NCBI RefSeq assembly: GCF_009914755.1
Contig: NC_060929.1
DNA length: 64,000 nt
Strand: one strand, 5' to 3'
Origin: the human T2T-CHM13v2.0 reference genome, Homo sapiens
The notes under the pieces are model-generated. The model ran no database searches. It saw only the letters and a list, made by a program, of their open reading frames with translations, and was not told the origin of the DNA. The position numbers and the translations under genes are program-made. Positions 15,293-28,383 of this stretch are shown here, piece by piece. Position 1 is the stretch's first letter. Each line of letters starts with the position of its first letter.

Positions 15293-17294
15293 GAGGCACT
15301 GTGAACACTTTGACTCTAAGATGGGAGAACATGGGGGCTAGAGTAAGAGAGAAACATGATCTAACTTATGTTTTAACAAGATAACTTTAGCTGTGGCACT
15401 GGGAGTGGTTGGTGGAGGGTTAAGGTCAGAAACAGGGAGAACAATAAAGAGACCACTGCATTAATTCAGGGGTAATGATGAAGGTCTGGAGTAGGTTGGT
15501 GAATGTATTTTGAAGGTAGAGCCTACAGAATTTGCTTATAGTTTGAATGGAGGGTGTGAGAGAAAGAGCAGCTCAAGGATGACACCAAGGTTTTTGATAT
15601 AAGCAAATGAAAGGAAAAAGATGCCATTTGCTGAGATGGAGATGACAAGGATGAATTTGGGAAGGGCAGACTGTTGGGGGAAAATTAGGAGTTGGGTTTT
15701 GAACATATTAATTTTGAGATGCACATCTGTGAACCAAGTGGTGATGTCCAGGAGGCAGCTGGGCAGAGGTCAAGCCTGAAGATCTATATTTAGGAGTGGT
15801 CAGTAAAGGAATGGTATTTATAGTTCTGAGCCTGAATGAGATAGTTTATGGAGTTATTGTAGCTAGAAAAGAAAAGTGATCCAATGACTGAGACCTGGGC
15901 ACTTCAAAATTTAGAGGTTGGAAAGATGTGAAGAAACCAACAAAGGTAACACAGAAGGAGCCACCAGAGAGAAAAAGGGAAAACTATAAAAAGTCTGGTA
16001 TCCAGGATATCAAGTCAAGGAAGATATTCAATGAAGGGAAGAGAAAAATGTTTCTGACAATTGGTTTCAGCAAATTGGATCTCATTTGATTACCTTGAAA
16101 AAAAAAAGAGAGCAGTATTAAATTGAGGGTTGGGGCCAAAACCCTGATTAGAGGAGATTTAAGAGAGAATAGAAGGAAAATATATGATACTAAGTTTAGA
16201 AATTTAATTCAAGGAGTTTACAGTGAAGAGAATAGCTGTAGGAGGAGAACCAAACAGAGTTCTTTTTTTAAGTGGAAGAAATATTTGTGAATGCTGATGG
16301 GAATACTCTTGTTGAGAGGAGAGAATTAATAATGCAGGAAAGACAGGGAGAAATCCACGTCATTTGGGAGGCCCAAGGGAAAGAATTTAGTGCATAAGTG
16401 AGGAGGACAGCCTTAAATGAGAGTGTGGTCAATTCATCAGGAGGGAAGACAAAGCACACGACCAGACATGAAGGTGGATGACCAGCTGTAGTTGCAGAAG
16501 TTTGTGGAGATTCTTCTCTAATTGCTTCAGTTTTCTCAGTGAAATAGGGAAATGAGAAGCAAGGTCTTCAACTGACAGTGAAGATGAAAGATGAGATATT
16601 GGATGTTTGAAAAGAGAGAAGGTCACCATCTAGAAGAATGGAAGAGCAAGTGAACTAAGGAGTTATAATTGGGTTGCTGGGTAGTGCCAAGGATCCACTT
16701 AGTACTAGTAGTCATGAATTTAGAGTGATGCTCATTAATGTTTGTATTTTTACTTTTCTCCAACACATTAAATTGCACCAGTGCCACCATGGAGTTTGTG
16801 GAGAGTTGGACTGAACCAGCACTGGGATTTTGCCGGGTGAGTAAAATGCAGCAAGAGAGGAGCAAATGAGTTGAGTGTATGGAAGTAAATTACCATGATG
16901 ACTGACCATGGTATTTAAGCCAAGTAAGGAGGGAGGCAAAGACTTAAAATGTTGAGGAACATGAAAAGGCTAGGATCAATGGATTTGGATACTGATTTAT
17001 TAGAAGAATTATTTGAGTTGGTGCTCCAGACTGAGTGAACAAGAGAGTTAGAAAAATAATTATGGAAGAGTGAGGTGCTTGAAACTGAGATTATGGAGAG
17101 GCTGCAATTGTTGATCATGACAAAGTCTAGGTTGTGGCAATAGTAGTGAGTAGCTGAGGTAGGATGGAGAACATGTTCATTGGAAGAAAGGAGATCCTGG
17201 AACTGAGTGCCCAGGATTGTTGAAAAGGTCATCCACAGAGAATACTAAAATAGCCAAGAATTCTCAGAAATAGTGTTGGAGTGATAGCAAGCCA

Positions 17295-17530
17295 CCCCTC
17301 AGCCACACTGGATCTCCACGGGTCATTCCCAACAGCATATGAAAACAGCAGTTCCTCCCACCGCAGAAAACTCTCCTGTGATCTTACATCCCTGTCTAAT
17401 TACTGCCTCATTTTTTTGCTACAGTTTAGAATAAAACTTGAAAGACAATACTCTGTGTCAAATACTTCTCCTTCCATTCTAATTTGAACCCTCCCCAAAT
17501 AGACTATCAACCCAGCACCCCACTATAGAA
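17295..17530 (+). mobile_element. L2 fragment opposite in orientation to the adjacent L2
   Basis: TCATTCCCAACAGCATATGAAAAC...AAAACTTGAAAGAC...TTCCATTCTAATTTGAACCC resembles sense L2 ORF2. Confidence 0.55.
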
Positions 17531-18367
17531 AGAGACTCCAGACATAGCATCTGTAAAATCAACCAAGGTAGAAGCTTGATGGGGTAATGCATGCACAATA
17601 CAATTGATCTGATGCAGGATGGTGTTATAGACAAATCACTTAATTGAATCAAATCTGCTTTTTCCCTCCTGACTAGTTGATATAAAATGATCTGATCAAT
17701 CTATTTGTCTTTTCTATTTCTATTTCTATTACTTTCAGGATGAAAATAGCAATAACTCACTAGTATTTACTTTTAATTTGATCATGAATATGTGGGCAAA
17801 AGAGTTTATATATTATTATATTGTATTAAAATAATATCCACTGTTTTCTTTCAAAAATACTTGGCTAAATTATTGTCGTACTTGTGAACAAATGAATATT
17901 AATTTTAACATGAAAACATACAAAATTTTTTTATAAATCTTCTTTGTTAAATATGAGAAAATGATCCTCTCATTCAGGAGGGGTGGTGTTGTAAATCATA
18001 ACATTTGCACTGATTAAACATTTGCTGGTTCTAAGTAATTCTGCGTGATGATTCAGATGTGCCTTCTCTCTGTCAATATTACTTGATGCCTCCATTCATT
18101 GGAGGACAAATTCCATACAAGATGCAAAGAGATGCTCCTCATGATGGTGGTTCAGTTTTATTAATACATGAAGTGTGTGCTCAGCCAAGTCCAATATTTG
18201 CCTGGCTTTTGTTCACTTGTCTTGGTTTCATAATAGCATTTCTCCACTGGCCCCCATCAAGTTGTGTGCTCATCATCTGTTAACTGTGTTTCTCCCTGTC
18301 TGAAGTCTCCTGTAGTATGTATTTGTTACCTCAGTTGCATTCCCGTTTGTATTTGAGAAACACTCAC

Positions 18368-18496
18368 CTTATTAGCAGGGCTACTACATACACGCGTGCA
18401 GTTTGTGCACTGCACAAAGGCTCCCAGCAGAGAGGGCACGTGAGACTGAAATCCAGGCATGCTGGATCCCTGATTGCTGACAGTGTTCTGTAGCCA
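18368..18496 (-). other. Candidate 129-nt internal exon of a divergent transcript
   Basis: Minus acceptor ATCTTTCCTTTCTCCAG|TG and consensus donor AAG|GTGAGT; 43 codons, open in phase 0. Confidence 0.6.
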
Positions 18497-18591
18497 CTGG
18501 AGAAAGGAAAGATTCCTGCTTATTTTCCCAACTAGAGGCATGCATTTTCCTCATTTTGCACAAAGCACCTTATGGGCTTATAGCAACGCTG
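18376..18591 (+). mobile_element. MER91-like hAT (Tip100) non-autonomous DNA transposon
   Basis: CAGGGCT...GTGCAGTTTGTGCACTGCACAAAGG start, TTGCACAAAGCACCTTATGGGCT end; 8-bp TSD CTTATTAG (18368-18375) / CTTATGAG (18592-18599). Confidence 0.8.
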
Positions 18592-18639
18592 CTTATGAGA
18601 CTTGCTGAGAGGAAGAGCTTTCCTCGCAGGAGAGAAACA

Positions 18640-19075
18640 ACAAAGGGCATATACTTGCTTCTTAGGACTCCTTTCCAAAGGGGCCTTGGGCATGCGTCTG
18701 AGGCTCGGCCAATCAGATGCATCAGCCCTGGGCTTTGAATTGGAACCTGGGACAATGGAGAATTCTTTTGGCAGCTCAGGGAAGTCAGCAACCTCCTATT
18801 CCCAGAGGCAGTGGTTGCCTCAGAGTCAGTGTCCAGGGCTGAAGGCATTGACGGTGAGAACTCCAGCATCTGGCATCCAGTGGCAGGGCTTTCCCAGACC
18901 AGTTCCGAGGAATGATTTTAACCCTGGGAGCAGAACTTCATTCTGTCCTTGCACCATCTTCCTAACCTAGTCTTCCGGCCCTCTGGGTGTTATACTCAGC
19001 ACCCAGTAGCTTCTCGATAAATTCCTTTTCTGCTTAAAGTACTGGAAGTCAGTTTCTTTTGCTGTGTAACCAGTT
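18640..19075 (+). mobile_element. Ancient ERVL LTR (LTR33-like)
   Basis: GGCCAATCAGATGCATC...CTTTGAAT and terminal TTTTCTGCTTAAAG...GTCAGTTTCTTTTGCTGTGTAACCAG. Confidence 0.45.
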
Positions 19076-19084
19076 TATTGGAGA

Positions 19085-19700
19085 GTCAGTGGGATACTAA
19101 CATGAAGCCCTTTTATTTGATTTCTCCTACATTGTTTTCAGGCATGCTTTGATGAGAGTTTTCTGTCCCTTCACGACGTCTCAGGAAGCGTCTGTGGCAT
19201 TTCAGACACTTTCAGGTTTAAAAAGTTAAGTTTATATCTCGAGTGTCAGATTATATCCACTTTTTCACTCTTCCTGTCAGTCCAGGTGTGACCAGGGGCC
19301 AGTGGTCCTACCCTGGGGGAATTGTGTGTACATTGCTTCTCTCCTGCTCCTCTGCTTCCCGCTCTTCCTTCGTCTTTTCTGTATCTCCTGGAGTGTTGGG
19401 GTCTTGGAGCAGGGATGAAGGAAAGGACAGGCATCTGCTTAGCTGCTGCTGCTGTGGTGCACACGGGATGGCCAACTGTGCCTGTGGCAGATGTCTGGAC
19501 ACTGCTGAAGGGCAGGGCATGGGCAGGCTCTTCAGTAGGCCTAGCAGGGGCCCCAGTTGCACAGGCATCTGATGTGGGTGATGACCACAACCCGAGTTCT
19601 TCTGCCCCCTCCACCTTCAGCTCCCGCTCCTTGGCTGTGCTCCTCCACTAGCAGGCAACCCTCTTAGGCAGGGCAGGGACAAGATTGCTTAAGCCCAGAT
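19085..19700 (-). mobile_element. Probable ancient LTR (LTR78/79-like)
   Basis: Minus strand AACTTTTTAAACCTGAAAGTG...AAGGGACAGAAAA...AAATAAAAGGGCTTCATGTT resembles an old ERV LTR 3' part; recalled similarity only. Confidence 0.35.
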
Positions 19701-20349
19701 ACCTCTTGTGGTGTCGATTTGGCCCTAAGGAAACTCAGGCATTTTTGCCTCACCAAACAATGGGAACAGAAGCTGCCTACTATCTCTTTCCAATTCCTTT
19801 CCTCCTGTTGAAATGTGTGGGGAGAGTAAATCTGCCTGCCCCACTTCACAGAAGTCTAACTAGGGTTGGAGATGGCTGGTTTCTACCTCTTGCTAGTATT
19901 CTTCATCACTGTGATTATTTCTCTTGCTTCCCCCTCCATTTTTACTTAACCTGTCATAGGAGGGTAGAAATATTCCTCTTACCTCTTATATGTGGAGCAG
20001 AAAAGAAGTCACCCATTGGGTTGATGACTCCCACATGGCAGGAATTCTGATGACTCCTCTTGAGTTTCTTAGTTTTTTCCTATAGGGGAAAAGGAATAGG
20101 GGTTGGGGTAGCTGCAGCAGTGGTTTCTGGTGGTGTCGAAGTTGGTTTTCTGATGCCTTTTATTAAGTCCTTCAAGGAGTGGATTTGGATACACGTTCAA
20201 ATATGCACCAATTATGATTTACTCTCTGAGACTATGCCCATGGTTCCCCAAAATTGAAATCCCATTTACTTTACTGCTATACTTGTAATAAAGGCCTGAC
20301 CAATTCGCAGCGCTGTGTCCAGTATAGTTTATTGATGACTTAGAATCTA

Positions 20350-20439
20350 TTGCATTGGTGCAAAAGTAATTGCAGGCTTTGCCATTACTTCTAATTACTT
20401 TTAATGGCAAAACCTGGAATTATTTTTGTACCAATCTAA
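20350..20439. mobile_element. MADE1 (Hsmar1-derived MITE), palindromic
   Basis: TTGGTGCAAAAGTAATTGC...GAATTATTTTTGTACCAATCTAA inverted repeats; TA TSD at 20348-20349 and 20440-20441. Confidence 0.9.
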
Positions 20440-20444
20440 TAGTT

Positions 20445-20906
20445 TCTTTTCCCAGTGGTATCCTCTTTTCTTTTTGGGACAACATCCCCTCTCCCCACTT
20501 TTCTGTGCTTCTGGAAGGATGGTGTATCAGGCACCTGTCTCACTATGGAAGTTTGAAGGGCCAAAGCCTTCCTGTTTTCTCAGAATAGTCAGGAGGAAGT
20601 GCAAAACCTAAGTTCAGTCAAATGAATGCTCTCTCCTGTGACTTTGATCTTGAGAGCATCATGTGAAGACTAAGGAAAGAAATGGTTCAAGTTCATCAAT
20701 CTCAGCAGGGACAGCCTGACCAGATTGGTTCAGCTCTGAGACTATGGCTTTGATTTTTTTTTCCCCAGTCCTCTAAAGGGATTCTTGCTCATTTTTAACT
20801 TTGGGCCTCCCAGCTGCCCTCTCTTCTGGAATCCCTCAGTGTTGTTTTTATTAAGTTAGTTGGAGTTGGTTTGTGTTACTTGAAAACAAGAACCCTGACT
20901 GATACA
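20445..20906 (+). mobile_element. ERVL LTR (LTR33-like)
   Basis: Ends TTAAGTTAGTTGGAGTTGGTTTGTGTTACTTGAAAACAAGAACCCTGACTGATACA. Confidence 0.55.
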
Positions 20907-21377
20907 GTATGCATTCATATTGCAGACAAAAGAAGATCATACTACAGGAAATGTTTTATTCCCCCTGATACTTACATCATTGCCATATTCACCTTCAGTC
21001 AACTTTTGCAACTTTCTTTTCACACACATTCATAAGTCCTCATTATGCAGAATATTTAGATTTATTTATTCCAAATTGTAATAGATGTATTCACTATATC
21101 AAATGTTGAAATTTTAAAAAAAGCAATTTCAGGAAGATATTCATGTCTTTACTTCTGTGATTCTCTGGTCTTGGTATATGGAAGATAAATCCTGTTTCTT
21201 GCTGAACTACTTCCAAGCATGATCCCACTCCACAGTAAGTCTATGTTTACAAGAATATCCTAGATAGGCATGCTGCCCCAATACACCAGCAATGCTTTTA
21301 CAAACTGCCAGTCCAGACACATTTGGGAGTCCTAAAAGTAATTTAACATTTAAATAAAACAATACAGAATAGAACTT

Positions 21378-21522
21378 TGCTTCTCAAAGTGCAATCCAAG
21401 AAACAGAAGCATCCACGTAGGAGTTTGTTAAAATGCGGTCTCCACCCTGGATACTGAATCAGAACCTCATATTTAACAAAATCTCTAGCTGATGAATGAG
21501 CACATTAAAGTTCGAGAAGCAT
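21378..21522. mobile_element. MER5 (hAT-Charlie)
   Basis: GCTTCTCAAAGTG...TACTGAATCAGAAC...TTTAACAAAATCTCTAG...AAAGTTCGAGAAGC. Confidence 0.75.
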
Positions 21523-22279
21523 CATTAAGAAAACATGAGAGGGCATTACATATGGTAAGAGTAAGTGTTGTTTCATGAAACTTGTTCTAATTATATACTT
21601 ACAAAGATAAGAATTTGTTCATAATGAAAAATGTACTTCTTACTGTGGATCATATTAAAACTTTTTTTGGGGGAAAACACTAAGCTAGGGGAAATAAACG
21701 GATGAATTTGGAATCCCATTGTTGCCCCTTTCAAAGTAAGAATACTAGGATTGCCTTAAATCTGTGAAGACATGTTACATGAAGAAGACAGAAAAGTACT
21801 CCTAACTCCTGATACAGGGTCCAAGGCTGCAAATACAATTTCCTCATCCATTGTTCTGCTCTTCCCTTTCTTCCTCCACTACCTTTAAAAGACAGTGATC
21901 TTTTCAAAAACCTGGACAAGAGTCATACTGGAGAAGGGAGCATAAAAAATATCTAGGACTGGAAGAAGAAGACCGAAATGAAGGCATCTGGGAGGAGACT
22001 CATGGGCCAAGAACCCCACCTTTCTAATCCTCTATGTCCCTTGGCTGAGACCTATGGCTAAAGACATGACCTCTTCCAATCTTGCCTGCATTTGTGTTGT
22101 GGGGAGAGATAAAGCTGTGTACACACAAGAGCTTTAAGGCTCCTGAACACTTTTTTTTCAGTGTAGATTTTCAGTGACTATGAGGAAAAAGTGTTTAAAC
22201 ATAGCATAATGGTGAGATTTGAGGAACCACAGTAAGCAATCAGAAGACCAGAATAAACAGATGTAGTTCTGAGGCAGGT

Positions 22280-22455
22280 GAAGTGGTAGAGAGAGCATAA
22301 GCTTTGAAGTCAGACCCAGGGTCAGTCCTCCCTCTGCCACTCACTAGATATGGGATCATGGGCAAGATAATTGATCTCTCTGAGCCTTCTTTTTCTTACC
22401 TGTAAAGCAGGAATAATTATACATGCCTCTTGTTGTTAGAATTGAATGAAGTAAA
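22280..22455 (+). mobile_element. MIR
   Basis: AGAGCATAAGCTTTGAAGTCAGACC...CTCTGCCACTCACTAG...TCTCTGAGCCT...CTGTAAAG. Confidence 0.75.
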
Positions 22456-22599
22456 AAAAATGATAACCTTCTGCCATACTTATGAGTTTACACTCTGCTG
22501 TAACCCCCACTTCTATTTTTTTAAGTGGGAAGAAGGTAAACTCTGTGAACTCTAGTCTATTGCTGTAACTAAGCAAGCTTTTAAATCATAGATTTAGAA

Positions 22600-23310
22600 G
22601 CATAATTTGAGAGCACTACTGAAAGGAAATTATGGGTATAAGAAGCCAATCTTGTTTGCTAAGAGGTAGAACTGGTAGGGTGACTTAGTTTTCTTTATTC
22701 AAAATATTAGCAGACAGGTAAATGGAACAAATGAGAATATCTCTGGATTTATAAGGTAATTGAAAAAATATCTCATAAAATCCTTGTGGATCAGATGAAG
22801 AAAGCAGACTGGATGTAATAATAGAATTGTAGAATTTATCAGCAGTTGAATGACTGTACTACAGGATGTGAATAAATATAAATGGAGAGGAAAGTCTCCG
22901 TTAGAATATGCATTTTATTTCTATCTGCTTCTACATGTCTAATAATTATTTGTTCAAGAGCATCGTGGCTTTCTGATCAATTCCCAATATCATGATTTCA
23001 ACCTGCCTAGCTAATATACTAGGAAAAGAGTTAGCTCCACCAAGCCCTTGACAGGTTCTAAAGATGGACTGCATATACAAAAATGGAATTTGATAGACCT
23101 AAATGAATAGTCTTATAATATTACTATGAAATTCTCAACTAAAAATACAAATAATATTTTAAGATGTCAAGATTAATAGCAAATATGAAAAATAATTGGA
23201 ATTTTAGTAGATTATAAATTCTATGTTAACAGAGTGATATAGTTACCACCAACAAAAAAGTCTACTTAATCTAAGATTGCATTAGTTATGTTGTAGTGTT
23301 CAGAATAAAG
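22600..23310 (+). mobile_element. Probable CR1/L3 remnant
   Basis: Highly diverged RT-region-like blocks (GTTGAATGACTGTACTACAGGATGTGAATAAAT, CCTTGACAGGTTCTAAAGATGG). Confidence 0.4.
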
Positions 23311-23314
23311 ATAG

Positions 23315-26300
23315 TAAAAATTAGTAAGGAAATAGAAGACTTGATGAACAGTGTCAACTAATGAGACCCAGTTGACATTTTTAGAACAATCTACCCAATA
23401 GCAGCAGCAGTTGTACATTGTTTTCAGGTGCACATGAACCATTCACCAAGAAAGACCATATTTTTGCCATAAAGCAAGTCTCAGCACATTTAAAAGCAGT
23501 GAAATAAGATGAACTATTCTTGCTGGCTGTAATAAAATTAAATTAAAATAAATAAAAATATATCTGAATCCCACTACTGGGTATTTAATCAAAGGAAGTG
23601 AAATCAATGTATCAGAAGGATACCTGTGCCCCATGCTTATTGCAGCACTATTCATAATAGCAAAGAGATGGAATCCATGTAAGCATGCATCAATTGATGA
23701 ATGGATTAAAAAACGTGGTATATACACAAAGTGGAATACTATTCGGCCATAAAAAATTGGAATCGTGTTATTTGCAGCAACATGGATGGAACTGGAGGAC
23801 ATTAAGTGAAATAAGCCAAGTACAGAAAGAGGAATATCACATGTTTTCACTCATATGTGGGAGCTAAGAAAGTTGATCTTTTGAAGGTAGAAAGTGAAAT
23901 AATGGATACCAAATGTTGGAAAGAGTGTGTGAGTGAGAGGGAGACCTGAAGAGAGGTTGGTTAATAAGTATAAATATTCAGTTAGATAGAAGTTGTAGGT
24001 TCTAATGGTCAGTAGCAGAGAAGGGTGACTATTGTTAGCAGCCATGTGTTGTAATTTCAAAGTAGCTAGAAGAGAGGACTAGAAATGTTCCTAACACATA
24101 GTAATGATAAATGCTCAAGGTGATGAATACCCGAGATGCTCCCCTTGTAACATACTCTATGCATGTAACAAATTTTCACATGAATTCTGCAAATATGTAA
24201 AACATTATGTATCAATAAAACAAATACCTAAAAAATTCCCTGAAATTTGGAAATTAAATTACAGTGTTCTATATAACCTATGGGTTAAAGAAAAAATATT
24301 TTGAACTATATAAACAGGTTATCAAAATTTGTGGAACATGGTTACAGTAATTATTAGAGAGGAGTTTATAATTTTAAATGCTTGTATAAGAAAAAAATCT
24401 AAAAATCAATAAGCAAAAATTTGACTTTAAGAAATTAAAGAAAAAAGAAGAGAAAAATAAATCTAATGTATATAGAAGGAAGGAAATAGTAAAGGTAAGA
24501 GCTAAAATCAACAAAGTAGAAAATGTGTAAGTAATAGAAAAAAATCAATGAAACTAAAGCCTGATCCTTTGAATTGATTTTTAAAAATTGATGAACTTCT
24601 AATCAAAGAGATAACAAGAAAATAAAAATGCAGACCAATAATTTTAATGAGTATAGACACAAATATCCTGAACAAATTTTAGCAAATCAAATCCAACAGT
24701 ATATCAAATATATAATACATTACATGGACCAAGTAAGCTTTAACCCAAGAATGCAAGGCAAGTTTAATAAGCAGTTCAGTTAACTAACAGAAAAAAGGAG
24801 AAAAACCGTATAATAATTTCAACTGATACAGAAAAACATTTGACAAAATTAAATAGTCACTCATGGTAAAATAAACAATTTCTAGTGAACTATAAATAGA
24901 AGGAATTTCTCAATTAATAAAGGGAGTTTAATGAAACTTACAACTAACATCCTACTTAATGGTACAAGACAGATTGCTTTGGTTTATGATGAGCAACAAG
25001 GATGGGATACTAAATTTTAGCATTTGTATTCAATGTTGTACTGGGCATCCTATCCAGTGAAATAAGGCAAGACAAATAAATAAAAGAAGCAGAGCATGTA
25101 GAAAATCCTAAGCAAACTGAAAAAGAAAAACTACTAGAACGAATAAGTAAATTTAGCCATGTTGCAAAATGTGAGGGTACTGCACAAAATTCCACTGTAT
25201 TTCTCCATACTAGCAATGAACAATTGGAAACAAGAACTCAAAAATAATTCCATTTATGAAATATTAAAAATAAAATACTTAGGGATTCATTTTTTAAATT
25301 GTGTGTAATACTGCCATGTTCAAAGCTACAAAATATTGCTGAGAAACATTAAAGAATACCTAAATTAATGGAGAGATAAATGTTCATAGGTTAGAGGAAT
25401 CGATATTTTTATGTCAGTTCTCCTTAAATTGATCAATGGATTCAAGGCACTCTCAATTAGAAAAGTGAATTTTTAAAACATTGACAAGCAAATTCTGAAA
25501 TTTACATGGAAGATGAAAACCAAATAAAAACAAAAACAAAAGCTGAAGAGTTGAACAAATTTTGAAAAAAAATAAAAGCACAGTTGGAAGACTTATTACA
25601 TCTAAGTTGGAGTCCTATTATAAAGTTATAGCAATCTGAACAGTATGGTTTTGGCATAGGAATAGAAATATAGATCAAATGAAAGGAATAATGAGTGAAT
25701 CCTGAAATAGACTCACTCATCTATGGCCAATTGATTTTCAATAAAGGTATCCAGTTACTCAATGGGAAAAAAGATAATCTTCTCAACAAATGGTGCCAAA
25801 ACAACTGGATATCCATGTAGACAATAATGAACCTCAGCCCTTACTTCATACCATACACAAAGGTTAACATCAAATAGATTGTAGACCTAAATATAACAGC
25901 TAAAACTATAAACTTCTATAAGAAGCCATAGAAAATCTTCATGACCTTGGGGTAAGCAAAGATTACTTATGTAAAACCTAAAAGTACAACACACACACAC
26001 AAAAACACGCTTGATAAACTGGACTTTATCAAAATTAAAAACTGCTGTTTGAAAGACACTATTAAGAAATTGAAAGACAAGAAACAGACTGGGAGTGTAT
26101 ATTGGTTATATACATATCTAACAAATGCCTGGTATATAAAGAACTCCTACAACTCAATAATAAGAATCCAAAGACTTGATTAAAAATTGGGCAATAAATT
26201 CAGACACTTTATCAAAGAACAGGTGGCATGAGAGCACATGAAAAGCTGGTAAACATCTTTTATGGTCACCATCATTAGTCAGTAAGGAAACGCAAATTAA

Positions 26301-27025
26301 AACCACGATGTGATACCACTATATACTTACTAGAATGGCAAAAATAAGAAGACAGAAACTACCCAGTGTTGATGAGGATGTGAAGCAATTATCATATCTT
26401 GCTGGTGAGAATGTAAAATGTTTTCCACTTTGGAAAGCAGTTCATCTTTCTATATAGTTAAACACACAGTTACTGTAATAATAATTTTACTCCTGTAAGA
26501 TAAGAAAAATAATAATGTATGTCCACAAAAGGACTTGTTAAAGATTGTTCCTAGCAGCTTTATTCATAATAACCCCATATTGAAAACATCCCCAATGTCC
26601 ATCATTTGGTAAACTGGCAAACAAATTGTGGTATATCCATACAATGGAATACTACTCAGCAATAAAAAGGAACAAACTTCAGATACAGGCACAACATTAA
26701 TGAGTTTCAAAAACATTGTGTGGAGTGAAGGAAGTCAGACACAAAGGAATATGTAAGTGATTCCATTCATATGAAATGTTAGAAAAGACAAATCTAATCT
26801 GTAGTTACAGAAAACAGCTAAGCGGGCCAAATATGAGGTGGGATAGAAGTTGACTTTAAAGGGGTGCAAGACAACCCTCTGAGGTGATGGAATTGTTCAT
26901 TATCTTGATTGAAGCAGTGGTTACATGGGTGTGTACATTATTCAAAACTCATGAAGCTGTATAATTAATATGAGTGTAATATATGGAATGTAACTTATCC
27001 CCCAATAAAGTTGATTAAAAAATTA
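23315..27025 (+). mobile_element. Fragmented old L1 (L1MD/L1ME-like), ORF2 remnants plus 3' end
   Basis: ORF2-like blocks (CATTTGACAAAATT, TTCAATGTTGTACTGG, CAACAAATGGTGC, AAACGCAAATTAAAACCAC) ending CAATAAAGTTGATTAAAAA. Confidence 0.85.
23567..24220 (+). mobile_element. L1MA-type 3' end inserted into the older L1
   Basis: AATCCCACTACTGGGTATTT...AAGTAGCTAGAAGAGAGGAC...TATGTATCAATAAAA. Confidence 0.8.
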
Positions 27026-27064
27026 AAAGGAAAGTGGGGCAACCAAGTTTCATAAAGCAAAATA

Positions 27065-27350
27065 TCTTTGGGTAATAAGTGGCATGAACTAACAGCCAAT
27101 TTCCTTAGAAAACAGCCATATGGATTAATCACCTCTAGAATTATTTGTGCCTGTGCTGCCCAGATCAAAGTTCCAACTCCTGGCAGAGAGGGCCTGAGGG
27201 GCTTAGCTGAGGTCAGTTGCTCTCTTCTGGACAGGGAAAAGCTGGACCATCCTGACTGACCTTCCACCCAGACTGCTGTCCTTGTGGCAGGGATGGTATC
27301 TCAAAGAAAAATGGAGGTACTGTTACCAGAGAAGGGGCAATGATGACTGC
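27065..27350. mobile_element. Ancient MLT1-like LTR fragment
   Basis: CTCAAAGAAAAATGGAGGTACTGTTACCAGAGAAGGGGCAATG resembles an MLT1J/K end. Confidence 0.45.
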
Positions 27351-28383
27351 TAAACAAACAAATAAACAAACACCAAAACAGTCTTCCCCTGTGTATTTCC
27401 AGGGAGAGTAAAGAGGATGGTGAGGGGCTTCAAACATATCTATGTTCATTCATTCCATTCATTTATTCACTCAAACATAATATGGAGTCTGTACTATTTT
27501 CCAGGAGCGTTATTGAGTAGGGACTCGAACGCTCTTGAAGTCTCTCTAAAAAGAAAGAGTTCTTATTAATGGGAGGAAGAGAAGCCTGGTAGGAGATGGT
27601 TACCTGGAGTGGTTATGGGGCTTAAACCTGTTTTTGTTTTTTTGTGGGGAGAGGGGGATAGAATTCAACGACACAAGAAAGAACTTTGCAGCAGTCAAAT
27701 TTGTATCTTTTGGGGTCCTGTAAAAGCTGGAAAACTCTTTAGTCTGGAAGAGGAAGATGGACAGTCAGAGAAGCAGATTCCAGAATTCATGTCCTGTCTA
27801 ACCCACAAATGGAAAAGCCCGTTCATGGTTTTAACATTCCATCACTGGGCCTCCCGGGGCCTCCTCGGCGAGTCGGCAGAGGGAGCCATTCCCCAATAAA
27901 TTGCCGCGCGAGGCCTCCGAGGACCTGGGGGGATTTTCCTGCGCGTCCGGGGAGTTCTCTCTCCGCCCCTCCATGGTAAAGCAGACTATCCCACCCTCCA
28001 CCCTCTGCCTTCACCTCCCCGCCCCACCTTTCCATGTACTTTGCTGCCACATCACATTCTCTGGCACGGCTTAATCACCATCCTTTCTGGGTCCCACCTT
28101 TGCGCTTTCTCCCCTGACACCACTGAGGACCCGCCGTCCACTCCAGTTGGCCGCTCGGGCGCCGGCCACCGTCCCACAAATCCTTACAGAGGGTCTAGAA
28201 CACCTCCCAGGGACTCTGCCGAGGGACTTGCACCCAACGTGGGTTGGGAATCAGGCGGGCACCCACTCTGACACCCCTTCGGTCACCCCCTGCGGTGACC
28301 CCAACATTTGCTAACTTCGCGACCAGGCCTTTGGCGGGGTCACCCACCAGGCGGTGGAAGCCGCTCAGGCAGGGGCGACTCAC

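Larger units (their letters stand above)
14423..17290 (-). mobile_element. Long L2 remnant (3' end at left), interrupted by an LTR16-like element
   Basis: ATTCATT... 3' tail, then typical antisense L2 blocks (AAGGATGACACCAAGGTTTTTG, TTTTGAACATATTAATTTTGAGATG, GAATGCTGATGGGAAT). Confidence 0.8.

Noticed and set aside
19243-19651. Cluster of overlapping 86-122 aa ORFs as a processed pseudogene
   Set aside because: No protein I recognise, no poly-A tail or TSD; the flank resembles an ancient LTR, and GC-rich sequence explains the open frames
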